Assembly: GCA_001662655.1 (NCBI GenBank)
Contig: KV460236.1
DNA: 64,000 nucleotides
Source: Pseudogymnoascus verrucosus
Lineage: Eukaryota
Reading direction: 5' to 3' (one strand)
Shown: one piece after another, positions 25,419 through 37,651 of the stretch
Numbering within the stretch: the stretch's first letter is position 1
Layout of the letters: each line of letters starts with the position of its first letter
Position numbers and translations under genes: made by a program
The notes under the pieces: model-generated
Seen by the model: the letters and a program-made list of their open reading frames with translations, nothing else
Database searches by the model: none
Told to the model about the DNA's origin: nothing

Positions 25419-27100
25419 GAAAAGACGTCATTTGTTTTGATGTTGTTGGTTTGGTTTTCGCGGAGATGAGACATACGCGTGTGTTAGACGGATACCCTTT
25501 CTATTGATTGATAGACTCGGATCAGATGATGATGCATGATACCTAAGAAATTAAACTTTGATATTAGTCTTGCTTCGATCCGCTTCTGTTCATTGAAATC
25601 AATAATACACTGTGTGTCAGAAAACGGTGACCATATGCGGCAAGATGAAAGATGGTAATTATATTGGCATTTAGGACGCGTGATTGCAGACGCAGTACTT
25701 CTGCCTTCAGAAGTTCTATTCGGAGTACTACGGTGACAAATTACAATATATGTATCGTTCAATTATGAAGGCTTTTCCGAGAATCCGAAGGATGAGCTGA
25801 ATCTCTCCTATTGAAGCTTGCGTAAGGCAACATACTCAGCCATGGCAAATAACTACATGGGGAATATAATAGTACACGGAACAAATACAATTTATACGTC
25901 GTAATATACTTACGAAGCGGTCGTAAGATGTGCAACCCTCCTCGGTGCCTTCACATCCACCGTCGTCGATGTCTCGCCTCGATATCCCAAGTACCAGTAC
26001 CTTTGCATCTGCGATGCACATCCCAGTCCATGCGCGTCATCCCACCACCACCTCACACTCTATCCCAGAAAAGGCATTAACTGCGCGCGTACCCTGCCAC
26101 TCAACCACCCCCCCTCTTCAATTCTGGCTGAACACAGGCGCTTACTACACTGCAGTATTACTAGCACATCATCACCAAGTCGGCCAATCGCACGTTCCGT
26201 CTTATCCCAGCCATCCGCTTTGTTTCTCAGAGAAACAATCCAGATCACATCGAGCAAGCGGTGTTCTTGACCCCGCCGCACGGCCAGATGCGCGTCCACA
26301 ATTTGCGGGGTACGGTGCATCGACGAGTTGGTTGATGCCTCCAGCGAGCGCGACGCGGTTGGAAGCTCCACGCACACTTTGACCCGCCCAACAACCGCAG
26401 CCCCCAAACACAAGTTACGAGCTGACGATACTCCAGCCCTCCAGCCCTCGGAGGAATACTAGAAGCTGACGCCAACATGTAACCCGAAATCTTGCCCCCA
26501 AACAGGCAACATCACAATTGCGCCGTCCGTTGGTAGCACACCCGCTCGCTGAAGACATGGCGTACGCAGCGCAACTTACCTTACTCTATCCGCGGCCATG
26601 CACACACACTCCGAACCCCGCGATCTCCCCACGCATCCAACCAACCACAACAATCCCCCCCCCAAGCAGGCAGGTCAGCCACCGTCACCCACCCAGGGCC
26701 CCCATGCGCTGGTAGCATGGCGCCAATGTGCTTACAACGTGCTCAGCGCCGTCATCCAGCAGCCATGCACCCTGCCACGGAATGCATGGCTGTATTTATA
26801 ACAGCGCGCAGTCATAAGCCACAGCGGCAATAAGCCCCGGGTCCGATCGGCGTGGAAGGAGGAGGTGTTCGCAGGACCGCTTGGGCGGGGTGTGCGGATC
26901 GGCGCGGTTTACCCCTCCAGGAGGTCGTGGGGTGGGCTCCCGCGCTCTGTGCGCACTGTGCCTGCGCTTTGTCTGGCTAATTGGAGGGTGTCCTTGGTGG
27001 TGGGTGATGCATAGTGGAGTACTCTATCTTGATGCTCAGAAGTGGATAAGGTAAATGTCGGAGCTATGAGATGAGATAGGTCTCCGCAGATAACAATCCA

Positions 27101-27172
27101 GGACCGCTGGCGCAACGGTAGCGCGTTCGCCTCCAGAGCGAAAGGTTATCCGTTCAAATCGGGTGTGGTTCA
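27101..27172 (+). tRNA. trnW: tRNA-Trp (anticodon CCA), intronless
   Basis: Folds to a cloverleaf: acceptor GGACCGC/GTGGTTC, D stem GCGC/GCGC, anticodon arm TTCGC-CTCCAGA-GCGAA, T arm ATCCG-TTCAAAT-CGGGT. Confidence 0.95.
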
Positions 27173-27222
27173 AAACCTCATCATAAAACCTCTTCTATGA
27201 TTCAAAAACCTGGTATTCTTTC

Positions 27223-27238
27223 TTTTTACATTTTTTTT
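27223..27238 (+). terminator. Probable Pol III oligo-T terminator of the tRNA
   Basis: T5 and T8 runs ~50 bp downstream of the tRNA. Confidence 0.55.
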
Positions 27239-28361
27239 CTTTGCGACGATAGCCGTTGTCGACGTGGCACCTTCCCTCGGTTTAATGGGATGGGATGGCC
27301 AATGGGCCTGGTTGTGTCCAACTTTCCTTTTTCGATTAATAGAGCGAGCTCCTTATAGGGGCGGGCTTTGGGTGTGGTGGAGGGGTTGGGTGTGGAGGGG
27401 TGCGCGGGCCGCCGCCCAATGCCAACTATGCCCAGGTGACCCCTCCATCCCCGCCATCGCCTTTTCAACCCCCCATCTCATGTCTTTGCGACGACCGAGG
27501 TGGAAGTAGCATTTTAGATTACTGTAGTTAGTTCACTGCGAATGGGACTGGGAAATGGTTTTGCTCGAGAAGTCTTCAATACTCTCGATTCTAGCTACGA
27601 TTGATAAAAATAAGAAGGGGTATATCCACCGCCAAATAGGCCTCCGACCAGCGCGTCCCGAGTGAAAAATACGATTACAATGGCAGATCCATGCCATAAT
27701 GCACCATCCATCCATCCCAAGAATCCAAGTGTTGCCTCCTGTGCCTTTCCGTTCCAAATTCCAAAATCTCTGACAAACAAAAATCCCAAGTCTTAAAACA
27801 AAATTCGCCGAGTTTCGCCTTCCTGACGAAAGCCCCGCGCATTACGAAGGAGAAGAGCGTACCATAAACGCTGCGCCTTCCAGTACTCGATAAACTTTTC
27901 CGATCCTCCCCCCCGTCCCGTCCCGTACCGTTCCCGTCCCATTCTAATTTCTCCTCCCTTTTCTCTTCTCTTTCTTCTTAGTTTTCTTGATTCTGTGTCC
28001 TGGTATCAATCCGTCGTCCGAATTCCCTTGAAAAGCCCGTGCGTGTCTAGATCGTATGCCGTGGTATCAAACCGGAAAAACATGCATAAGAGAAACGCCA
28101 GTGCCAGGGTTGCCCCATTACTTTACTTGGATGACTGATAGCTGGAAATATTTTTGGGAGACCACAGTGAAGTGATCTCGGGTATATGGGTATAATGCGT
28201 TGTTGACTATAACCGGCCCGCTGTAGCGCGTGCGATGTATCTGTTGTACCATCGTTGTACAAAACGAAAGGTATGTAAATGAGGTATGATTGTAGTGAGG
28301 TGATGTAATGTGCCGTGTATGTTGATGTATGTGGTGGGCCCAAAGAGGCGTGTTGGTGAAC

Positions 28362-29576
28362 CTAAGCAGTAGGGTAGAGCAAAATGTCCTCGCAGTTGGC
28401 GTCGAAGCGGAGGTTCCATAGTCTGATGCTGGCCATAAACTTCTCGGTGTGGTCAAGCTGACGGTCACGGCCAAAGATGGAGTCGACGAACTCAACGCCG
28501 GAGTTCTTGCCCAGGAGCGGTGGCTCCTTGCTCCCGAGCCTCTTGCCGACCTTAAGCATGGGTCCCTCACATGCCTTAAGGAGCTTCTTGAGTTTATCCA
28601 TGAGGCGTTCTCCAGACTCGATGAAGTCGTTGATCATGAGACGGTTGTCCTCTGATCTGATCCTGGGCATGCACTCCTCGGAACGTTTGACCTTCCCGGC
28701 CAACTGGATAAGGAGAAGCCATAATTCACCGGCCACATCGGAGATGGGCGTTGCGGGTCCATGGCGGTATACAGTCCAGTCATAGATCCATTTTCCAAGG
28801 GAGTTCGCGTCGAAGACGCTGCCAAGGAGCATAATAGGTTCCTCCGTGGGGTCCCAGTTCTTCAGAGAATATCCGGCAGGAATGTGGTGCGCCCTCGCAT
28901 CTGCCTCCGTGGCCTTGGGAATGGGTGGTGGTGGCTTCTTGGCTGAGCTCGAAGGGCGGTTTGCCGTCGATGGTCGTTGTGGTGTAGATGCCGATGCTCG
29001 GCGAGAACGTCGAGGTGTAGTTTCAGTGTGTCGTTGAGTCGGCTCAGCAATGATGACAGGAGTACCGTCTCTGTCATAAGTGAAGCCCTGCGGATAGTAG
29101 TGATTAGTTTCACGACTACGACGATAATATGTTTGCTTCGTGCGTCGACCACCGGGAATAATATAGATATCACCGTCGATATTTATCAACTCGTCTTCGT
29201 CGGAATCCCCATAAGAGGCTCGATACGACTGAGTGAACCGCGGGTTTGGAAACGACCAAGTCTGGCTCTGACCATGCTTGTTGTGGGTATGATGATGCGT
29301 CTTCCGCGTTTTGTCACTCACATATTCGGCTTCACCAAAGGGCGACGCAACACCGGTCCTGGTAGAATAGCGTCCAGAACTTGAGTATCTTGGTGATGGG
29401 TATGATGCGCCCGGGGAGCTGTGGCCGTGACCGTAGTCGTGACTGGCGTGTCGAGAGTGCGAATAGTGACGCGGTGAAGGAGCGGCCTGTTGATAAAAGC
29501 CGCCGTGTCGTCCTAGGGGAGATGGAGAGGGAGTCCCTTCCGGGTATCCGTGGTATGGTGGCGAAGCGTATGCCAT
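28362..29576 (-). CDS. Conserved filamentous-fungal hypothetical protein with a low-complexity N-terminus and a conserved C-terminal domain
   Basis: 404-aa intronless ORF with block GYSLKNWDPTEEPIMLLGSVFDANSLGKWIYDWTVY...SIRLWNLRFDANCE. Confidence 0.85.
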   Translation of the reverse strand: MAYASPPYHGYPEGTPSPSPLGRHGGFYQQAAPSPRHYSHSRHASHDYGHGHSSPGASYPSPRYSSSGRYSTRTGVASPFGEAEYVSDKTRKTHHHTHNKHGQSQTWSFPNPRFTQSYRASYGDSDEDELINIDGDIYIIPGGRRTKQTYYRRSRETNHYYPQGFTYDRDGTPVIIAEPTQRHTETTPRRSRRASASTPQRPSTANRPSSSAKKPPPPIPKATEADARAHHIPAGYSLKNWDPTEEPIMLLGSVFDANSLGKWIYDWTVYRHGPATPISDVAGELWLLLIQLAGKVKRSEECMPRIRSEDNRLMINDFIESGERLMDKLKKLLKACEGPMLKVGKRLGSKEPPLLGKNSGVEFVDSIFGRDRQLDHTEKFMASIRLWNLRFDANCEDILLYPTA

Positions 29577-32500
29577 CTTGTGTTTAATCCATTCAATATA
29601 CTGCGAACCCCGACCGAAAAACCGAAAGAAAAAAGAAAACGAGAGAGCTCCCTATCAGGCGCTCTATCCAGAATCGTAAATATATGGGTTTGTTGTGTTA
29701 TAATCCGTCACCGAGGTATCTTGTCGGGTAGAGGGATGGAGAGAGACAGTTCGCTGACTTGGAACATAGCAGAGGTCGTGATATCGCGATACTTTCGGGC
29801 TTCTTCGAGAATCTTCTGGAACGTTGGACCGGAGTTGATCCAACTATTTCGTCGATTTAGGTCGCTTTGATTTCGTTAACGATGACTATACGTAGTCGAT
29901 ACAGATTTTGTTTGCTGGTGGCAAAGAAGTCAAAATGGGAGAGGTTGGTGGGTGTGGGCAACAGGGCCGATATAAGTAGGTAACCGACGAACATTCGTGT
30001 GTGTGCGGGCGCGGGTTGTGGGCAATAGTGGGCTTGAGGGGGAAGTGGACAAGTGTGGATGACAGGGAAGAGTGCCCACTATACCTTCCCACTAAATTTT
30101 GTACTGCCAACAAGTTCTAGTGTGGATTTTTGGACCGGGGGGGCTGAAGGGGGGCCGCCAATGTACACCACGGTTATATGGGTCGCGGGTACGGAGGATT
30201 TCCCACGACTTACTGATGACTCCACCAGAACGATACCTTGCGCCACACGGTTAGTTGCTGCTGCATAAATGGCAATGTGCGAAAGTAACTCTACTGAAAT
30301 ACAACTTCCTGAGAGAAGGTACGAAGTACACGAACTTCCTGGGATCAAAAAGAGAGGGGCTGACGGGGTTGAGTACAGGATGAATGGATGATTTCCAAAT
30401 AAACCTACTCGAAGCAAGTCTAGCCGTTGAACTCGCACATATTCGCGCTCATTCGAAGTAGGATTCGACTCTCTGTCCAACTTGTCGCCCAGGACCATGC
30501 ATTACTTTGGCAATAAGAGTTGGGGGCGACCCCCTACACAGATCGAAAGTAGGTGTACATTTGGTACGATCAACAAAATGCCTCAACTGCGTGCGAACAT
30601 ACATACCGACAATTCACTCGTACTATGGCAAAGAATGCGAGTGTCTGCGCCTTCTCGGGTACATCTGTGAGCCGGGCGGGCCCTCAGACCGAGTCAGATA
30701 ATTTCGTGACTCTTGTGTTATGTATCCGGCGGCACAGCGTGTTGTTGTCCGTGCCCCTTTATGAGACAGCGGCGTTGGGGCAAGGGGGAAATCAGAGGCC
30801 TTTTCGACAAATGACAGGGAATATGACTGGGAATGTTTGATTGCGATGAGGAGACAGGAGAAGAATTTTGCAATGGCACTCTCCGAGCATCAGATTATGT
30901 TCCCCTATAGGGACGGAAATGACGTCTCATTCGTCTTGTAGTGGAAGGAGCATGGGCCAGATGGAATCGCGGCGAAGAAAGCTGCCAAGGGCAGGTACGC
31001 GGTCCAGCACAAGTTATGTGCCACTGGCGCACATAACTTATGATGCTAAACCACTAATTGAATCCGGGTCGTTCACGATGCAGTCAAGTCGACGCGTTGC
31101 GGCTATTCATTCTGCTACTCCTTTTCAAGTCACCGGCAGCCAGATCCAAACCTTGTTTTGAAAATAGACGCGGAGGCGATTCTCCCAAGTTACTGGATCC
31201 AGCCCAAGCCAATCCGCTCGTAGCCTAGAGGCTGACGGTGACTGCGTGACTCCTCTGTGATCCAGTAGGGCACACGCCTGGGAACATCTTTAAGAACGGT
31301 GGCTGCCTGTTACTCTTGTTTTTGTCTACATTCAGCTGAACGTGGCTGAAGAACTAAAAACCCGATATATGTTGGGCATTATGAGCCATAGAATGAATGG
31401 CGCAGCATTCAGTCAGTTGTCAAGGGCTGGCTACTTCGGTCATATTCAGCTCCGTTCGCATTTTGCAATTACGGATTCTTGCAAACCCTCGCTGTCGCAC
31501 TCTGATGAGCTTTCTTGATTATGGGTTGGGCATATTTTATCCTTCCTCTTTATCCAAGCTAAGCCACAGTGCGCTCAGCGATCTTACCACCCCTTGCTCG
31601 CACAAATACACGTCGTTGAAATTTTCAAAATCCTACCCTCGTCGATTTCATGCGAAACCTCTCACCGTTCTTTTGGATGGCTTCATTGTTACCCAGTCAG
31701 GTTGAGACACAGTCACCGCCTCGATCGGCTTACAAGCGTTATCGTTTCCCTTTCATCTGAGTGGATGATACTGCACACTACGGAGAATGTGCTAGGCACA
31801 AATTGTCATCAAATTCAGCTGGCTAATACGTATGTGGGTGGAGAAGGGCTTCTTTTACCGCAACATTCTATTACGGGCCACTGGGATAGTTAGCCATCAT
31901 GCAGAAGGGTTTCTTGGGGCGCTTCCGACTCACCCAGGTCTTCCTGCGCTGCCCCGCTATGGACACTACGGTCCGTTACTGCAGGTCTCCGTACCACGTA
32001 TCTGAATGTATCCGTGCCGGCGATCCTACACCGACTCCACAAACCTCTCCCGAGGGAAGGCAAGATGGTAACATGATACAACGTCGCTCGCAACATTTCA
32101 CAACACTGCATTTTACACTGCATGTTACGAGAAAAGGACACGATGTAAAAATACGTGAAACCACACATAAGAAGCAAACATATACAAAGTCTCGCCCCTA
32201 TCTTTGTGCCACTTCCGGCGGGGGCAGCACAATAATTTGTTGTTCCTTTCGGTGACTTGTACTTATTTCCGTGGGTGTGGTAAGACCCCTGCGCTCTCCA
32301 GCGTCGCATGGACTTCGGACCCTAGTTCCCGATTCAGAGAGTGGGTACAAATCTCGCTTTCTTACCTCTTGGTAAATTGCTTTGCTCATCTCAAGTGAGA
32401 CGAGCAGGGAAGAAATTTTCACTGGTATATCTGTTCGCAGATTTGTTGGATATAGGATTAAAATAGGAGACTGCGCAAAGCGATTTGACAAGAGGAGGTG

Positions 32501-34636
32501 CTACATCTTGTCTCTGGGAGACTCATGTGTTGGCCGAGAGGTCCGGCTTGCCAATAATATCGGGCTCTTTGGGGGGGGGCTGCTCTTATTCGTTGGTTGC
32601 CTTCCCCCTTGTGAGTGTGCCGGCTCGCACTTGTTGGTTGTGAAATGCACGTCGAACCCCGGACGACTACAAGGAAGAGCCAACATCCAAACGCCAGCCA
32701 GTCGCCTGCAGCGTTCCGCAGCGCTTGTGCATGCAGCCAGATAGCGGCCGATAATAGCGACGCAATGCAGCAATAACAGCCAAGGGATCAAATCTCTTGG
32801 GCAGCCATGCTTGCTTTGTAGGCACTGGAGTCCGATACACGTGTCCTTGTAAGGCTTTACTCTTGTAAATGACGTCGTCCTGCGCGATTCTTTAAACTGT
32901 GCGTTTGAAGCTCGAGCCCTCGAGCTTCATGTGCAGCAAGCCCTACCGGTTCGCACTTCTTGTTTGCATCGACGATCAACTGTCCCGCCGGCCGGCCGGC
33001 GGCGGGCGGTTCTGGATGAGACAGCGCCAGAACGACCTTAGCACTCTCCACCCTGCCGAGATATGTGTTACATTCTGTGCCACGCTGCGGCGGCCGCTAA
33101 GTACAGTCCGCTACACCCTATTCCTTTTTTCGCGCATATCACAAAAGCCATTTTGTGATATGTGGGATGTGACCGCTCGGCGCGTCCAATCATTCTGGCC
33201 AGACCGTCGGACGCGCTTCGCCATTTACAGCCAACCAATAACGAGACGATCGCAACCGATGTCACTGACTGAGGCTCTCCGATCAATCGCCAACGACGCT
33301 GTGGAACTTCAGAAGAGGACCAAGAATTCGCCCAGGCGTCTTGCACGCGGTCGCCGGCGCCTAAAGGGAATTCTAGGCAACAGCTTTGGGACATTCCCCG
33401 AAACTGTTTCATAGCCAGGGCTTTTATTGACTCATTATGGCATTGCTCGGACGGCGCGGTTGCCGAAGGCACCGCGGCCGACATTGGCTGTTCGCTGTCG
33501 TCGGTGAGGCGCCACACCTCACGGCGGTGTCCAATAGGCGAAATAAATCAGAGGTTACGAATGTAGTGGCAACGAGCAAGTTTGTCACTGGTTAAAGGTA
33601 GAAGTATAACTGCAAATCAAACGAGACAACTGAAGGTCAAGTGACGCCTGAGTCACGTGTACTGTCTCCTTTATATTCCCTCCTTGCTCGCCACTATTTT
33701 CCAAGGATAGCAGTGGAAGAGGTGACGAAGAGGGATGGGCCTCGTAGTGGCGATAATCTCCTGACCAAAATTGTTGCTCACTTCCTGGAGATGAAACATC
33801 ACAAGTCGAATTTGAGGCTGGGGATCCTCGCTTTTGCCTATGTAAGTCATTTTATACGTCGTGGTCGCTCTCAGACCTTTCATAATATTCGCGGTATCTG
33901 TACAAGGTCCGTTTACTTGAGTCATAGGCTACGGAAGTGAGGATCCATCGCTTTTGCAAGGGGATTCAGTGGGTGTGGCAAATCTCATTCACGGCAGCCT
34001 GGTGTTTTTTGAACTGCTTACTTGTTGCTCAACCGTCTATGGCTCTTTCTGGTCCTGCTTATCTTTACCGGGGCGGACATTTAATAGAAAGGCCTCGGCG
34101 GCACATGCAACGGGGATTTTCTACCTGCACACCTATCGGCAGCCCTCGTATGCAGCTCCGGGCTTCCGTGGAGGTGTTGGCAAGGGACAATGCGTACTCT
34201 AGATCAGCGGGCGGCATCAACTTGCCTCCGGCGTCTACCCTGTGTGGCGGATATGAGAGAGGGCGGGTTCCAGTTACTGCCGGCGTTGGGCCCCGTCGTG
34301 ATTCAGTCTAATCTCTGACACTCTCTTGGCTACGTCTGAATCCCCTAGCCCTTTTGGCCAAATATAAATGATAGCTTATGTTTCTTACATTTCTAAATCG
34401 TTCACGAAAGCTGGTATTTCCACACGGCAGGAAATGGCAAAGGAAGATAGAGGCCGATTCTTAGATGAAGCTTTTGATATTTCAAAATCTTATTTCCTCG
34501 CTCATCCAATTGAAGAGTTGATCCTTCTCGATGGTCTTTCCCTTCTATAGTACGATAGATAGGTTCCACTTCCGTCTTGCCTTCATGCACAATTTGCATC
34601 TTCCAACCTGGCCACACGTAGGTACATACAAAAGAG

Positions 34637-35458
34637 TCATCGCCTCTGCCAATTTGAAGTATTATCACCTGACATATGGTCGTCGTCATTGGTGGCTATA
34701 TTCCTTTCAATAGAATTTATTTCCTGGATGATGTCCTCTGCAGAGTCATACTGCTTCAGCCAGCACTTCAAAGTGACAGAACTGCAGGCATGGATGTCTT
34801 GTGGGAACTGCTGGTTTGTAAACCTGTCTACAACCTCATCGTGCCACCCTTCCGCCCCGTCAATAATATCAGGGAAAACAGCGTGGCCCATCATGATAAA
34901 GTATAGAGTAATATCTGCTTCAAAAGGGTCGTCTCGAGGGAGGTAGAATCTGCATGGCTCACCACTCCCGCCATCCAGAAGTACTTCTCCTTGCTCTGAT
35001 AGAAGTTTTCCTTGAAAATCTGATAGTTTAAGATGTAGTCCTATATCGAGGAGAAAATTTGTAGGCTGGATATCGCAGTGAAGCACCCTCTTCGAATGGA
35101 CATATGCAACTGCCTCAGCAGCCCCTCTACACCAAGATAATCGCTGCTGGATCGAAGGGGTCGGATTGCCTGATTCGAGCAGATAATAGGCTAAGCTCCC
35201 ATTTGCAGCGCGCTCTAAGCAGAGTGCGCTATCCGAGAAGCTTTTCAATAATATAATCCGAGGATGGGGGCTGACTATTTGGAGAAGCTTTCTCTCAATC
35301 TCGAGCCGGCTCACATCTCCTGTAGGAGAAAGTGGATATTTAAGAACAGTAGACTCATCTAGTTCTCCAATAAACGCACTGGTTCCTGTGGCAATGACCC
35401 GTTTCACCCCCGTAGGACAGTATTGGTGGTATACAACCACCTCTGCATCAAGTTACAT
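34637..35458 (-). pseudogene. Protein kinase pseudogene (small accessory fungal Ser/Thr kinase)
   Basis: Kinase motifs ATGTSAFIG, VLKYP, HCDIQPTNFLL and LSDFQG are present. The in-frame ATG at 35458 is followed immediately by TAA, and subdomain IX (DxF/WxxG) is absent between PFEADI and TLYFIMMG. Confidence 0.75.
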
Positions 35459-35933
35459 GGTTGAAGTTGAAGGCGCCAACTTCTATCAATAGCTGGTTCA
35501 AAATAGGGAGGTGTTAGCGTTACAGGTACGTCTGGAAGTCTGGAAGTGAGGGCGATTATAGGGACCTTGGGAAACCATAACAAACTGTGGTACTTGGGCG
35601 CATTGGCTTGTACAATCACGTAACTACGCGCGATGGATCGTTCCGCGACGTATTCATTCGAGTGCAGCAAACATGCTGCACTTATCATTGGTTGAGAATG
35701 CTGTGGCTCTCACATGAGCTCTTTGTTGCGGTAGTCGCCTCAACTTAGGCAGGAACACAGCCTCAACCAGCCTGCTTTTGGTCAGAAGTTTGGATATACT
35801 CAATTGGAAAATTGTTTCCTACGCTCACAATTTCTAAAACGACGATGCGCTGTTTATTTATTGGAGTAAAGTATAAAAGATAAATCTACATATAAACGTT
35901 TTCAGTAGCCTTAACGCTTCCTGGTACACAGTC

Positions 35934-36980
35934 TCAAAGGTATGGCTTTCCTCCTGTATGAGAGATAAAGGTGCCTGCGTAACCACCGTCAACAGTAGCC
36001 TTGTTCACGAGAGCCAAGACCGATTTGACACTGTCTTCTGTCTTCTGAGGCCCTTCAAAGGTGGGTGAATACTGCTTAAACTTCCCAAACATAGCCATGG
36101 CCAGCTGTCCCTCCTCCTCGGTTTCTATGAAAACGTTAGCAAAAAGCATACCATTTTAGTTATCAAGACGACTACACACCAATTTGAAGACTGCCAGTGT
36201 TGACAGCACCGGGGCATATAGCCATGCAGAGGACACCTTTCTCACGGTATATAGCGCTGAACTTGGCCACAGCCATATTAAGAGCTGCCTTGCTTATTGC
36301 ATAAGATGTGGCTTGGAATATATCGGCCTTGAGTGTCATCTCAGGGTCCGACATGCCCGTGGAGATGGCAATCACTTTCTTTGCCCGACCTCTCAAAATC
36401 AGGGGCATGAAAATATTGAATAGATGGATGGCGCCGATGGTATTGATTCGGAAGTGGTCAATCAAATCTTGTTCAAGGGCTCCTGGGTCGCTGCTCCTGT
36501 GAAAGAATTAATCCCAAGCCAATTATACCGGGAGTATTTGTCCCTCTGCCTATAACTTACAGAGTATCAAAGCCAACCAAAGCAGTCTTAGCTTGGAGTG
36601 CGGCATTGGCTATGATATAATCAAGGGCGCCATTCGTTTTCTCAGATACAAACTGAGCTGCTTTCTAGAAGAACTTTGATTCAGTTTTGACCTCAGTTTT
36701 ATTGATCACTCAGTAGCTCACCTCCAATGCCACATAGTCCGTGGTGTCGGCTTGAATGATGTGAATATTCTCCCGGCCTATTTCAGCGGCAACCTTGGAC
36801 TCGGTGGCTGCTTTGTTGCGGACGAGGCCAAAGACAGTATTGGCAGGGTTCTCAGAGAGCTGGCGGAGGAACTCGAACTAGATGATGGATTTTTTTATTA
36901 GTAAAGAGTCTTGTACATGGAGCAGGGCAAGAGCGTACACCAACGCCACGAGAGACTCCAGTAATCAAGTAGGAAGACAT
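35934..36980 (-). CDS. Short-chain dehydrogenase/reductase; exons 36939-36980, 36722-36877, 36561-36664, 36180-36496, 35934-36124
   Basis: Spliced MSSYLITGVSRGVGFEF (TGxxxGxG), DYIIANA, catalytic YAISK and ICPGAVNT; four canonical introns. Confidence 0.9.
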
Positions 36981-37329
36981 TGGTATGGAAATCTTATGGT
37001 TTATAAAACTGAGATTTCGAACTTATGAAAACTGAGATTGATCGAAGAATGATTTTAAGATGTAGTTCTGAGAGTTGATGGACCAAGAAGAGCAGCAATA
37101 GTGCGTGTATTTATATCGATTTGGATCCATCCTTAGAGCATCGTTTGCTTCCTTTCTGATTTCAAATTCGTTACTTTTCGTTATAATTTGTCAACCAGCT
37201 TATTTCACCAGCCGCCTTGTGATGGTCCATGTGTAGATTCTCTAAAACCAAGGGTCTACTTTAAATTGCCAAGACACAGAAAAGTTGCAGCTTTTCTAAA
37301 AGAGGAAGATAAGCGAGAGTTAATAAGAG

Positions 37330-37608
37330 ATCGTGCTAGAATGCATTAAGTTACCCCTCTCCACCGTGCAGCGCGTTTGTTCCAAAGGGGAGAAATGGCA
37401 ACTTTTTTGTTGATGCTTAACAATTCTCAAATCGCGCTAGAATGCATCAAGTTACTCCTCTCCACTATGCCGCAGCATGGGGGTTCTGACGCCCTTTCTT
37501 GGCAGGCTTCCGCCGTCCGGGGCACGATAAGCGCATTTGTCATCTCTCATTTCTTGAAGCCAAAAGGGAAAAATGGCAACTCTTTCGTTGATGCTTAACA
37601 ATTCTCAA
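37330..37608. repeat. Local duplication in the SDR/TF divergent promoter (A-B-A'-spacer-B')
   Basis: A 37330-37364 matches A' 37431-37465; B 37382-37430 matches B' 37560-37608; only a few mismatches in each pair. Confidence 0.85.
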
Positions 37609-37651
37609 CTTGCTCAGTTAAGAAATCGGAGAAGATACAAATTGGTCCACA

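Noticed and set aside
33600..34630. Short ORFs on both strands next to the kinase pseudogene
   Set aside because: No recognisable motifs or consistent splice model.
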